Positions 24,294-36,501 of a stretch of DNA of 64,000 nt are shown here, piece by piece. The translations under genes and the position numbers were made by a program. This DNA is from Lepidodermella squamata (Eukaryota; Animalia; Gastrotricha). Where the stretch lies: the NCBI GenBank assembly GCA_047495785.1, contig JBLDXI010000012.1, positions 1,318,592-1,382,591 of the forward strand, given 5' to 3'. The notes under the pieces were generated by a model. That model worked only from the letters and a program-made list of their open reading frames with translations. It was not told the origin of the DNA and searched no databases. Numbering within the stretch: the first letter of the stretch is position 1; each line of letters opens with the position of its first letter.

Positions 24294-24633
24294 ATGAAAG
24301 CCACATCCAAAGAGAAGATGAGCAATTATGCGCAATGTTAAAGAACTTTGCTTGAGAGAAATTGTGATACCATTTGATGTGATACTCTAGTGTTATTTGC
24401 AGTTTTCCTCGAGACAGTAAAACAAGATATGTTGCGTAAAAATGGTCTGAGAATTCAGTATCATTCTTATTTAATTGCAAAAGATCGTGGAATTCGACAA
24501 AGAAGAAGTTCGCCACCACGCCATGAGCCATTTTTTTTGCAAAAATCCATACATTTTTGTATGCAAATGACCTATCTGGTTGCTGGATGCGAGACCGCAG
24601 AGGGCCTTTCAAAAACTTTGCTACTTTAATTTT

Positions 24634-24876
24634 AAGATCATACTTCTTGGGATCATTTCTTTATTTAGATTTGCCCCAACGTCAGCCTCATCTGACGACA
24701 AACCCAAACCGCGATGACGAGGCGTGGTGACTGGCCCTGAGCGCGAACTTGGCCTCACGAGGCCGGCGACCTTTCCAGGGTGGCTGGGCTCGAGGTGGCC
24801 GTTGATGAACGTTCCGGCCTGGTGGCTCTTTAATTAGGGCCACTTCCAGAGGGGTCAGTCGCTTTCAGAGCGGCTT
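24634..24876 (+). ncRNA. U3: U3 snoRNA (variant box D)
   Basis: 5' AAGATCATACTT...GGGATCATTTCT (boxes A'/A), GATGACGA (C'), TGAGCGCGAA (B), TTGATGAACGTTC (C), terminal stem AACCGC/GCGGCT with CAGA in the box D position. Confidence 0.85.
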
Positions 24877-25738
24877 TTTTTAATGAAAAACAAAACCTGA
24901 ATCGTTCCTCAAAACCACGTTTGAAAATATCTCAGAATAATAAATATTTTTTAGGTTTCCGTTAGAGATGATATAGCCATCAAGCAATCACTTCATCAAT
25001 TTATCATGAAATCAGAAATCATTAAATCAGTCCGACGAATCTCAAAGTTATCAAAGCATGATGATATCCGCCTATTCGTCCAGTCGCCGGCGAATTATTC
25101 TTTTTAGCATTAATAAGCTATAACTTCAGCAATCCATTTTATTATTGATAAAAAATCCCAAGTAAAAATTGGACAGAGGCTGCTGTAACTTGGATTAATC
25201 TGCACTCAACCAAGGCTAAATCACAACCTCGTTTTGGCAAGTGATTTATTTTGTGCAGCTTCGTAGGTGTGCAGAGGAATTGTTTTGAGCTTTGGAGTCT
25301 CGAAATTCAATAACAATTTCTTCGAATCGAGATACCTACTGTAAAAGGTAGGGAATTTTGCTCAACAATTTTCCGAAATTTAATTTTATTGTTTGATGTA
25401 GGTAGGTACATCAAACAACAGTCCGTTGCTAATATGTTATAGGCTCAATGATGACTTGTGAAGGCTATATCAGCTTGAATACATGGTAAAATGTGAAATA
25501 ATTTGTTAGGATGGTTTTTCGAGTTATCAATCCAATTACCAATTGAAGACCCGATGCATTTCTACTGGTAACCAATTAGCCGACAATTATATTGATGATT
25601 ACGCTCGATTCAATTATTTGCCGCGCTTCGAGAATTAACGATTCCGGTATATAAAGACGATGGATATTAAAGAAAAATCATCAAGCTAAATTTGACTTAA
25701 TCAATATATAATTTTCGCTCAAATATCAAACCATAAAG

Positions 25739-26307
25739 ATGCGTGCTGTTTTCGCTTTGGCTGCTGTCCTTCTTATGGCTCTCGGTAATCTTTGAAAGCA
25801 TTGTTTGGTCCAATAATCTTACTCGTTTTCTTACTTTCAGCTTTCTCCGAAGCTGAGGCTGGCCGTGGTAATAAGGGCAAAAGTGTCTCGAAGAGCGTCT
25901 CCTTCAGCGTGTCGTACAACCGGCAGCCGAAGAAGCACGCGATGAAGAAGCGCCCGGCCAAGAAGGCCTTCGTCGCTGGGCGCAAGCACCGCCGTGCCTC
26001 GTTCTCCAAGTCCGTGTCCGCGTCGGTGTCGGCCCGCACGAACAAGCACACCCGCAAGGTCTCCACCAAGAAGTTCATGCGCGTGCACAAGCGCGGATCC
26101 ATGTCCGGCTCGTACTCGCGGTCGGGCTCCTTCGGCGGCTACAACAAGAAGCACGGCAGCAAGCGCCACGGTGGCAAGAAGTTTGGCGGCAAGAAGGGTG
26201 GCAAGCACGGCAAGGGTCGCAAGGGCAGCAAGAGCGGCAGCTACTCGGCCTCCAACAACTTCTCCTACTCGGTCGCCGTCGAGACCGGTGCTGCTCCCGC
26301 TAAATAA
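25739..26307 (+). CDS. Secreted cationic Lys/Gly/Ser-rich protein, copy 4 (exons 25739-25784, 25841-26307)
   Basis: TATATAAA near 25648; same gene structure; one fewer FGGKK unit than copy 1. Confidence 0.9.
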
Positions 26308-26519
26308 AAACATTTCAGAAAGAAAAGCGTCGTATGAGCTTCTTCAATGATAATTTATTCCGAAGTCTAATATTGAAATAAAGTTGAAAAGATCTTCGCT
26401 AGTCTTCATTTCTCCTTAATTCCAATTTACCAATGAATTTTGAATATTCAAATCAGATAAACTGAAATTTTTCCGCATCGCGGATTCGGCTCAAATGGCT
26501 GCTTGAAGTTGTCGTTATT

Positions 26520-26536
26520 GTCAATCTTCGGATTGG

Positions 26537-26575
<39 letters not shown>

Positions 26576-26625
26576 GGCCCCTGCGCAAGGATGACACGCA
26601 AAATCGTGAAGCGTTCCATATTTTT
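26520..26625 (+). ncRNA. U6: U6 spliceosomal snRNA, copy 2
   Basis: Same 106-nt sequence as 928-1033. Confidence 0.98.
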
Positions 26626-27991
26626 CTATTACATCAGTCGGATTGGAAGCAGCCATATTTTACCTGCGAGCGATCCGTCGACCTATTTTCATTTTTCGTC
26701 AATTAGCGTAACAAGCTACAATTAGTCACGGTGTCACTACTCTTGGCCGCTAACGCGTTATCGAATTCTCCTTTCTTCCAAATCGTAGCTATACATAAGG
26801 GGCTTGAAACTTGAGGCTAGTGGAAATGCCAGCTGAACTGCACTTCATCGATAATAAGGAGGCTGAAGGCAGGTCAAGTTCTGGAACTAGGATTGAACTT
26901 GAAGAAAATGTGTATAGATTAAGCCCTTCAGCGCACTTCATCTTCATGTTTTTGCTTGTTATGTTGATGACCCTCATTTGATCTTCATTGTTTACAAGGG
27001 ATTTCAAGAAACAGGTTCTTGAATAACAAAAAACGGGCTTTGTAATGAAGGAGAAAAACAGCAACTGTCGCCTATTGACGTTCAGTGATTACGAATAAAA
27101 GTGGCCCAGACGAGCGGATAAACAGCCAGCGTAGCAAATAGCCGTGACAAGTGGCCATACATCTTCTCAGCTACCATCTGCGGTGATGATAAGCAGGGTG
27201 TATAACAGCATCCAGGACGCACATGGGGTCTCATCCAGAGTTATAAAGGCGGGTTTATTAAGGCGGCTGCTGGCGCACTCACTCACCTTCGAGGCCGGCC
27301 GGAAGAGCGCATCAGCAGCAGAAGCAGTATGGCTGTTTCATCATCATAGCTGAGCGCTATATACGATGAAAAATCGCGCCCGCCTCTTGTCAACTGAGTA
27401 AATAAACACACGGATGCGGAACCCGGCTCGGTCGCTAACCAACTATACACGGCGCCGTCGTCGTGTTTGCTCAGGCCTCTCGAGCGACGGCTCGATGATT
27501 CATCCGCCGACTTTTTCTGTTGATATAATATAAGCGTAGCAGTGTATATTCGACTTTGTCAGCTATCTTATCGCAGCGGCGGGACCGGGTATACGCTCTT
27601 GTGCCTGCGACGCTTAGATAAGGCACATAATTGTGATATTATTAATGAAAACACGGGGCCATAAATAACTTTATACTCCCCTCGTTATAATTACTATTAC
27701 GCGCTACGGTGTTGTTTTAGTCAGCCCGGGTTCCGGATTGGTACCCACAATCAATATTATTATCACGAACTCCCCTTAGTATTATACCACTTGGCTCGGT
27801 GTTTAATTTATCAATTTTTTCCTTCTCTCTTTTGATAGATAACACAATTATTCATCGGTGAAAAATTACCAAATCGCGCACTCGAAATAGTTAAATGTAG
27901 CGCGAGCTCTCGGAATCGGAAATTTTTAAATAATATAATAGCGGCTATTTTGTTTACGTTTCTTATTGCCGCGCCTCACGAACAAGAAAAA

Positions 27992-30900
27992 ATGTGCCAA
28001 AATTTGATATTTTTGCTAAAATTACTCATCGTTACCGCTGTCATGGCGACGACCTGTTACGCCACGGTCGTAATTCCTGACGAGTCGGGATTTGTCAATA
28101 ACTGGAAGCTCTTGCTATCTGAAAAAAGTAAGTTAAAAATTCAATATTTTTGGGTGAAGTCTAAATAATCCTCAGAAATTTGTATATTTAATTTGAAGAT
28201 AACCTTCTTATTACTTCCAATTTAAAAAATTACAAAAAATAAAAAAATGTCCAAAATGAGGTCAAATTGTTTATTTAACCATTTTTCCAGGCTGCGAAGC
28301 TGTTGAATACCATCCTGGTTTATCGAGGGAAGTTCTCGGCTGTGAAGAGCAGAAAGTATCGTTGAACTGCAGCGATCAGGCCGATTCAGCGATAGTCGTT
28401 TGCGAGGCGTTGTTCGGTCGCGATAACCTTCACGAATGCGCCCCAGCCCGATCGCTCGACACAAGTTGCGCCTCACTCGATGCTATCAATATCGTCACGG
28501 AAGAGTGCCAATGGAAGCCGCACTGCAGTATCAAAGCTTCAAAACACGAATTCGCTGATCCTTGCCCGAATCAGTCAAAATTTTTACGCATTAAATATAT
28601 TTGCCTAAATCGTAAGAAATTTTCATTTTTTTCGTTGAATTATGTTAATTTATTCGATTTTTAATTTAGGGTTATACGGAGCCTCGCTATTGACAACCAC
28701 AACTACAACTACAACGGCAGCACCCAATATTGGCACTGAATCCACAACTCAGCCATTGTAAGTTGATTTTTCGGAAATTTCCGAAATATTTTTTAGAAAA
28801 ATGTGAATAATTCCCAAATTTTTCATTTCCTTTTCAGGTTTTGCCCGGCGACCATAAACCGTGGAATCAATTTTCCTCGGACTGAGGCCGGCAAAAATGC
28901 CTTTGTCGATTGTCCAGGTCGCGACGATTTGATAAAAATTACGGCTACCAGTGCTAAAAAGCGACGAGATCTACCCTACGCCCGCTTCAAATGCGGAATT
29001 GACGGCGAGTGGAAAGGCAGGCCTGATCTCAGCCGTTGCGAATCCGAAGTCGGCGAACAGATGAAAAAGCTTGCCGAGGAAGTCAGCCAAGGGTCGAAAC
29101 CGCCTGTCGACGCGGCGAGGAGTCTCGAGTCGAAAACGGCCCAGACTAAAATGACATACGGCGGTGATTTAATTTCTACTGTCGACGCGATTCAAAAAAC
29201 TGCGAATGCTAGTGCGAAAACGGAGAAAAGCTTGACGAGACCACCCGAAGCTGAGTCGGTGAATCAAGTCGCGAAATCACTGGCCCGAAGCGGGTCGTCC
29301 CTCCTATCGGACGAGCAATTCCCAATATGGGCTGATCTTCCTGAATTTAAGCAGGACGTAGCCGCGACTCGTTTGATGGAAGGCATCGAACAGTCGATGA
29401 TGTCTGAGGCCGAGGCGAGGAGTAAAATTTCGGTCAAGGGCGATTTACCAGACTTTGGCGATACAGACACAACCCTGCATTTGGAGGACAACATCATCGC
29501 CGAAGTTTCGGTGGTAAATGTCGAAAAATTGCAGGGGAAACAGTCGAAGGAATTTCCGAAAAAGCTGAAAGAGCAGAAACAACAGGAGAAGAAAGAATCA
29601 ACATCGCCTCTGGACTTAAAGATTTTCATCGACGACGATGAATCTGTCGTCATGCCGACTTCTCAGCTTCAAAAATATTCGGAAAACGGTTTGGCTAAGG
29701 TTGTCTACATCCAGTACCGTAATTTGGAGCGGTTTATGGGCTTCACGGCCGATTTGCCGAGTTTCAATGATTCATTCTCGAATCGTGGCCCGGTCAATGG
29801 CGAAGGTACGGATGAAGAGGGAAATTCCTACGTGAACTTCCCAATGGCTGGCCAGACGCGATCGCATGTCCTTAACAGTAAAATTGTGACTATTTCCATG
29901 GGCGAGCGGCATAGGGTTAAGATGCAGCTCGACGAACCAGTTATCTTCACTCTGAGGCACGAAAAGGTGAGAAATATTATTCCTTCTAAATTGTTTTATT
30001 GAGAATTTTAAATTTTTTTCAGATTGATGATCGCCAGAAACCAATTTGCTGCTTCTGGGACTACAATCCTTGGTTAGTTTTGGCTGGAATTATTTTTTCA
30101 GAATATTTTTTTAGTGGAGTGACCAAATTACAAAATTCGGCCCTTGTCTCCTTTTTTATTTTGATTAAAAATACCACGAATTTTGAGTGCGTGAATAATT
30201 TTGAATGTTGGTACCTTTTTTGGTTCCGCAACAGGCATCATTATTGTCTCGCTTAAAGTGAGACCTATAGTGGCTACTAATTAAATTTGAATCAAATTTA
30301 AATTTTATTTTTTATTTTTAGGACTTATCGCGGAAGTTGGTCTGCTGAAGGCTGCTATCGCGTTCGCACCAACTCGACTCACACGACTTGCGGTTGTAAC
30401 CATCTGACGAGTTTCGCCATTCTAGTCGACGTCAGTGGTATGGACGCTGAGGTATGCGAGCGCGCATTCCGCTCATTGAGATAAAGCAGAATAAAATCTG
30501 CCTTTAAACGGCTGGAATATAAAGCCTTAATACCGGCTGTAAATTAGACATTTTTCTCGCTGTAATGCTGCCAAATTCGCATTGTTCCGCCGAGTTTTAC
30601 CACAGTCACGAGTGCTAAAGCCGGGTTTAAAATTCATTAAAAATGACCACTTATCTTATCACATAAAATAGGGCACAAAATTATTTGAAAATGAACAAAT
30701 TAGGGAAGAATATTTAGAAAATGTTTGATATTTTATCGTTAATATTATTCCTTCAGACCGCTGAGCATGACCGAGAATGGCTGTCAATCATCACAATCGC
30801 AGGCTGTTCGATTTCGTCCGTTTGCCTCCTCTTATTCTGGTTCACCTTTCAATTTATCGACAGGTTGGCGCAAAATTAGTCAATTTCTTGAATTTTTTAA

Positions 30901-33900
30901 ATTTTGACAATTTTTTTTTCTAGAAAATTGGATAGCGATCAGCGGACAGTTCACAAGCACCTTGCAGCGTGTCTGTTTTTCGGCGAGGCTCTTTTTATTA
31001 CCGGCATTCGCCACGCAGCGGTATTTCCCATCGCTTGCAAACTCGTCGCTGGATTCCTGCAATTTTTCTTCACCTCCGCCTTCGTATGGATGCTACTCGA
31101 GGGTGTACAAATCGCGATTAAGCTCAATGAACTTATGCCTTCTACAACCCGCAAATGGCCCATTTATTACCTCGCCGCCTACGGTAAAAGTCGCTACTAT
31201 AGCGGAAATTGATTTTTTTGTCTTAAATCGCTCAAGTGACCTTATTTAAATACTTTTTTGTCACAGGCACGAGTATTTTACTAGTCGGACTTACTGCGGG
31301 CGTTTCGGGCCTTGAGGCGTACGGCGATGGAAAAATGTAAGTGTTGACCCCCTCTTCAACCCTCGAATTGTACCCTTTGATAATATAATTGCTTTATCGC
31401 TTCATTTACCCTAATTGCATAATCAATTAATTTTGCGTGAAAATATCGCTACTATTATTATTTCAGTTGCTGGCTGCACGGCCGTTGGCTACTCTACTTT
31501 GTGGTACCTGTTGGCTTAGTTATTTTTGTAAGTCATTTCTCGTGTTAATTATTTCGTTTTATAGTAATAATACTCGGAAGCTGGCGTCATTAATCATTTT
31601 TTGTTACCTTCTCTCGCCGGTGTGTATGCGCTCGTTTTCCGGTTCGCGGCCGAAAAACAGCTCATGCGTATAATAACGCGTCATTATCAAACATATATGT
31701 GCGCTCGCATTTACAATATTCACATGTTTACTCGTATTTTTAGGTGAACGTGTTCATTCTCAGCTACCTGATCTGTAAAGCCTGCTCGCTGTTAACCCAC
31801 GCTAACGATCACATCGTTTGCGCAGCTGGCAAGGAATCTAAGCTTTATCAAACAAGGTAAAAAATAATTCCCTATTTTTTGCGATTAATTACTGTAATTT
31901 TAATAATTTTAGATCTACGATAAAAGGAATCGCTGCGGCGACGATTTTGCTGGGCCTGACCTGGTCTTTTGGGTTCCTTTACATCAATCAACATCTTGTA
32001 ATTGCGGCGTATCTCTTCGCGATCTTCAACAGTCTACAGGTGAGTAGAGAAATTAAATTTCGCGGTGTGACCTCACGGCTGTCAGCTTTCAGCCTATGAC
32101 CTCACCCGTAAATACAATTATGTTTGCGTCACGCGTCTGGGATAACACGAGTTTTTATAATAATAATTATAATAAAAGGTCGCATGCAGGTGAGGCTAAG
32201 GTGCGTCAGAAAACAGAGCGGCCGATTAAGTGCTATATAGGCGTAAACAAAGTACGGCATAATACAGGTCTGCTGACTCGGCGCATCTAAGAAGTGCCCT
32301 TTATAGTAAGTATGTATACGAAGAAGTCTCTTTGGCCTGGCGCGCCTTAAAATGTGTACTCGGGCGTGTGTGACAAGGTATGTACTGCACGTGATAATAT
32401 GCAACATTTTATCGCACTGTTTGTTATTACTATGGGGGGTGATGCTGCCTCATAATTCAGTTATATTATTATTATTTACTGCAGTAGCCTGCTTTTCACC
32501 TGCGAGATGCTTTTACAGTAGTCTCGCCTACAAATAAAGCTATAACGCACTAGCTGAAGGGTCATTGACATTTTCAAATATAATTTCTAAATTTTGAGAG
32601 CCATTTAATTTTAACTATATATAGCAATTCATTTAAAATCTAGATTAAATTTTTTATGAGGTCACTCGTGATCTCTTAGTTCAGTGACTCATTGCTATTA
32701 GTCACCCTCTAAAATTGTGTTTTGTATCTATAGGGATTCCTGATATTTTTATTTTTCTGCGTCTTCAACAAATGGGTCCGTCGGCAATATGCAGCTTGGT
32801 TTCGAGGCGTGTGTTGTTGCAGCAGTAACAACTCAGCGTATTACCAGGAGAATAACAAAAATCTAGCTGCAAATCGAACCCCGGCGTATTTGGCCCGAAA
32901 CGACCAGCTATTAGCCGGCCAACACTTGAGTCCTTACCTCGACAGCGAGTATTCGACTCAGTCATCGTCCTGCTGCTTCCCGAGCCGGTCGTCCTCAGCC
33001 GCCCGCAACCAATCGCGACGCGGTCTCATCGCTGGTAATAAAGGCCTACTCTACTTTGGTAATAACCCAGTGACGCCGACGGCGCCATCGATCAACTCGA
33101 ATACGACGAATAGCAGCAGCCAGCCGGGCACTGATCACTCGTCAAGTCAGTTACTATCGCTGTCGTCCTCCTCAACCGCCGCTAACCAAACTAACCACAA
33201 CAACAACCGAATTACCCAAAACGTAATAATACCTCTTTTCCCCCCAGTTTTTTCACTAATTTTTTCGCTGGCGTGTATTAATTTTAATTACAGACGCTGA
33301 AACTTATAGCTTCGTAATTAATCAATTTTACGCGAAATTCATCGTAATATAATTGATCTATAACCCGAGGGCAAGCTTAAACCATGTAATTTTATATGGA
33401 TTCTATAAACGGGCGTTTTGTCCGACGCAAATCGCGCCCCACGCGTCATTAATTTGCGATTAAATTCTAATTTCGCCAATGGCTACGTCTTTGACGCAAA
33501 CCTCAATGAATTATGCTACATAGTCTGGAATTCTAAAAAAAAACATGGTAATTTGTTGATTAAAAATTGCGCCTTGGGTGCATCACTGGGCCTAGTTTTA
33601 TTTTCATACCCAAAAAATCAATTACTGAATCGTTTGCATCACTATTTACGGATTTCCACACCCTTATTAGGTGAAAAAAACTGTCATTTTTTATTGTGTA
33701 AATTCAGTCAACGCAGCTACTTCTGCTACGTTACGCCGGTAATTTAATACCAGCTTTTTTTATTGTTGTAAATAATAATTTTTAAGTGTAATACACCTAA
33801 ATATGGATTTTTCATTTGGGCCTTGATCTGAAGCTACTGCTAATAGCCGGCTTTTTTTATTATATTTTTGTCTCGTCGCTTATTATTCGGCAAAATATTT

Positions 33901-36501
33901 GCGCCATTTTCGCGCGCGCTCACGCAAACACACGAGCGGCGCCAGTTTAGGGCGGCGAATTCCTGAACAAATATTATTATCACTGCCGATTATATCATCG
34001 CTATCATTATATTCCACTTCTCTGCGTGTCCAGTCCGCCGCTTGTCAACCAAGCGGCGCTTCGCCGTTTTGTTCCGCAGCGGGCCAGAAAATACGAAAAA
34101 AACTGCGGCTTTATTATTGCATTGCCAGTTCATTTATGTCGCTAGACAATTTATATTAATAGTATTTTTACAGTAGTTTGCTGTAATAATGGAATATTTC
34201 CACCGCAATTGGGCGCGGCACTGGCACGCAAAACCAGAGATTTGGCTGTAGGATATCCGTGCGTTGTTGAACCGCATTTAGGCACATATTAACGACGGCT
34301 TATAACTTATTCATGAGAGCCGGGCGAAAATTCCCGAACCCCCCACGCGCTTTTGTTTTTTCAATAAAATATCGCGCGGCACTTTCCAGGGTTGGAACAG
34401 AACAAATCACCCGTCGTCCAACTGCCAAGGCATGCATAAATTATTGTTTTTTTTCTATAAAAAAAAACCTGCTTAATGTGAGCGGTTGAGCGCTTTGTTT
34501 CCTGTCGCTTCCCTTTATTACTCAATGTTGCCTTTGAACGGAGCCAAAGCCGCTTTAAAAAACGTGTGATCAATAATGTTTTCATGCATTCATTTTGCTT
34601 TATAGATTCTTGTGAGGATGTTCAAAAGCCGATTTACTCCCCAGGCGTCGGCGGCAGTCGCCACGTCAGTCGACACTCACCTTCCAGCGCCTCCATTGGC
34701 AGTAACAGTCGACGAAGCAAAGTCCTACTTGCCAGATCTGATTCTTGGAAAATGTACCAGCCCCCAGCAGTCATTACCCCAGCCCAATCTGGCACAACAG
34801 CAAATTCAGACTCACTCTCAGCAAGGTATAAAATCTCGATTTTCTTACATTTTTTGCGATAGGCTTTTTTTACCTCATAGTGATCGATTTTTTTTATGAG
34901 TATTCCCTCAGTGAATGGATGTCAAAAGTGGTCTTATGACTAATTTTAGGCGAACTAAAAGTGCGAAGTCCTTAAATCTTATATACCTGATCCTTTGCCC
35001 TCGCTAATCAGGGTCTTGACGTTTTTTCTTGTTATGTGCACCCACTACATTGAAGTGTTCTCGCAAAGCCGGAAATATTATTGTTTTGCGTCGAAAACAC
35101 TCCCATTCATAAAAATTATTGCCATTTTTGAGCTTGCCTTTTTAGGTCAGAATAATAAAAATAGGTCTTAGTAGGTCACTAATCTCTGCATTATTACTTG
35201 ATTTTGAAGAAAAATAGAGAAACACGTAATGTTTATCTGTGGAAAATTATTAAGGCGGACTTTTTATTTTTATTTTTAATTGTTATTTCATTAATTTTCG
35301 CTGGGAAATACAATTTCCCCCAAGATTGTTCCTTTATATTGAATACATCAAAATTATTAGTTGAAATTAAACTTTTCGTGTTTTTCTATTAGATCTGAAT
35401 CAAAGGCTGGTATCAAGTACACCGTTCCAACATACGTCTTCGACCCGGCCGGATCAACCGCAGTCGCAGTTAACCGCGTGCAGTACCCAGTCAGCAGTCG
35501 AAACGGGGCCACCTTCAAAGACTCCCAATTCGACAACTTCAAACGACCGCACTCGACCTACGCAAATAGCCAGCAATAACAACGCAGATTACGTCAACAT
35601 GAACAATAATAAAATCGAGGCCCAAATTCTAGTCGCACACCCGCCGGCCTCTTACGCCAATAATAACGCCTATGACAGTCTGATATTCAGCGAATCTAAT
35701 TGCGATACCGATAACGTGACCGATTACATGGCACAAGCTTTCGCGATGGCTAGTGATGACTCGAAAGTCGCTCGGGAATTGACGGAATTCGACGCGAAAT
35801 TCGCGACGAAAGCTATCATGGAGGAAGATGATGATGACTTTGAAGAGCAGGAATCTAAAATTGCGACGGCCATCCACCGCGCCGAGCCTGTTCACGTGTT
35901 GTGCAGTAAATCGAAGACATTCAGCGACTTCTTATCAGCCCTGGTAAAACAACACGAGCAGGGGCTGATCGATGAGGAAACAGCTCAGTTAGGGAATCGG
36001 ATGTTCGTCTCTCGAATTTTCGAGAGGAGTAACAACGATTTGGACGGCATCAGTGAAACTCCTGCCTCGTCAAATTCTTCGCTTTCGATAAGTGGAATGC
36101 CTGATATCTACGCGCCTTTAGACGATTTGCACGTCTCAACTGGCTCGTTGGAGAAAACTAGGCCGAACTCGAAAGTCGCGGCGAAACGAAATGATTCCGG
36201 GTTTTGTTCGAACAAAGCCCAGCCTAATACTTGCAGCTCTGAAGACCGATCGCCGGTCGTCGAATTCGCGAAGCAGTTCCCGCCGAAACGGTTGGATAAA
36301 TCGTGCTCAGACAGCGCGTTATTCGTGAAGGCGAGCGTTAGCAGTCGCGAAATTAAGGCGGCTGAGCATGACGCGGATATGTTCGATGACACGGATGGCG
36401 ATAATCTGCTGCTTGTCGACACAACAGCGCCGTCGCACGTCAGATCGCTAACGCTGTTGCCGAGTGCTAGCAATGAATCGTCGTCACGTGATTTTTACTG
36501 A
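27992..36501 (+). CDS. ADGRL: Latrophilin / ADGRL-like adhesion GPCR (~15 exons)
   Basis: Signal peptide; SUEL/Gal-lectin domain ([16 protein letters not shown]); hormone-receptor motif ([10 protein letters not shown]); GAIN; GPS CCFWDY...WSAEGC...[16 protein letters not shown]; 7TM ([32 protein letters not shown]); long low-complexity tail whose 3' end depends on the splice model. Confidence 0.93.
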
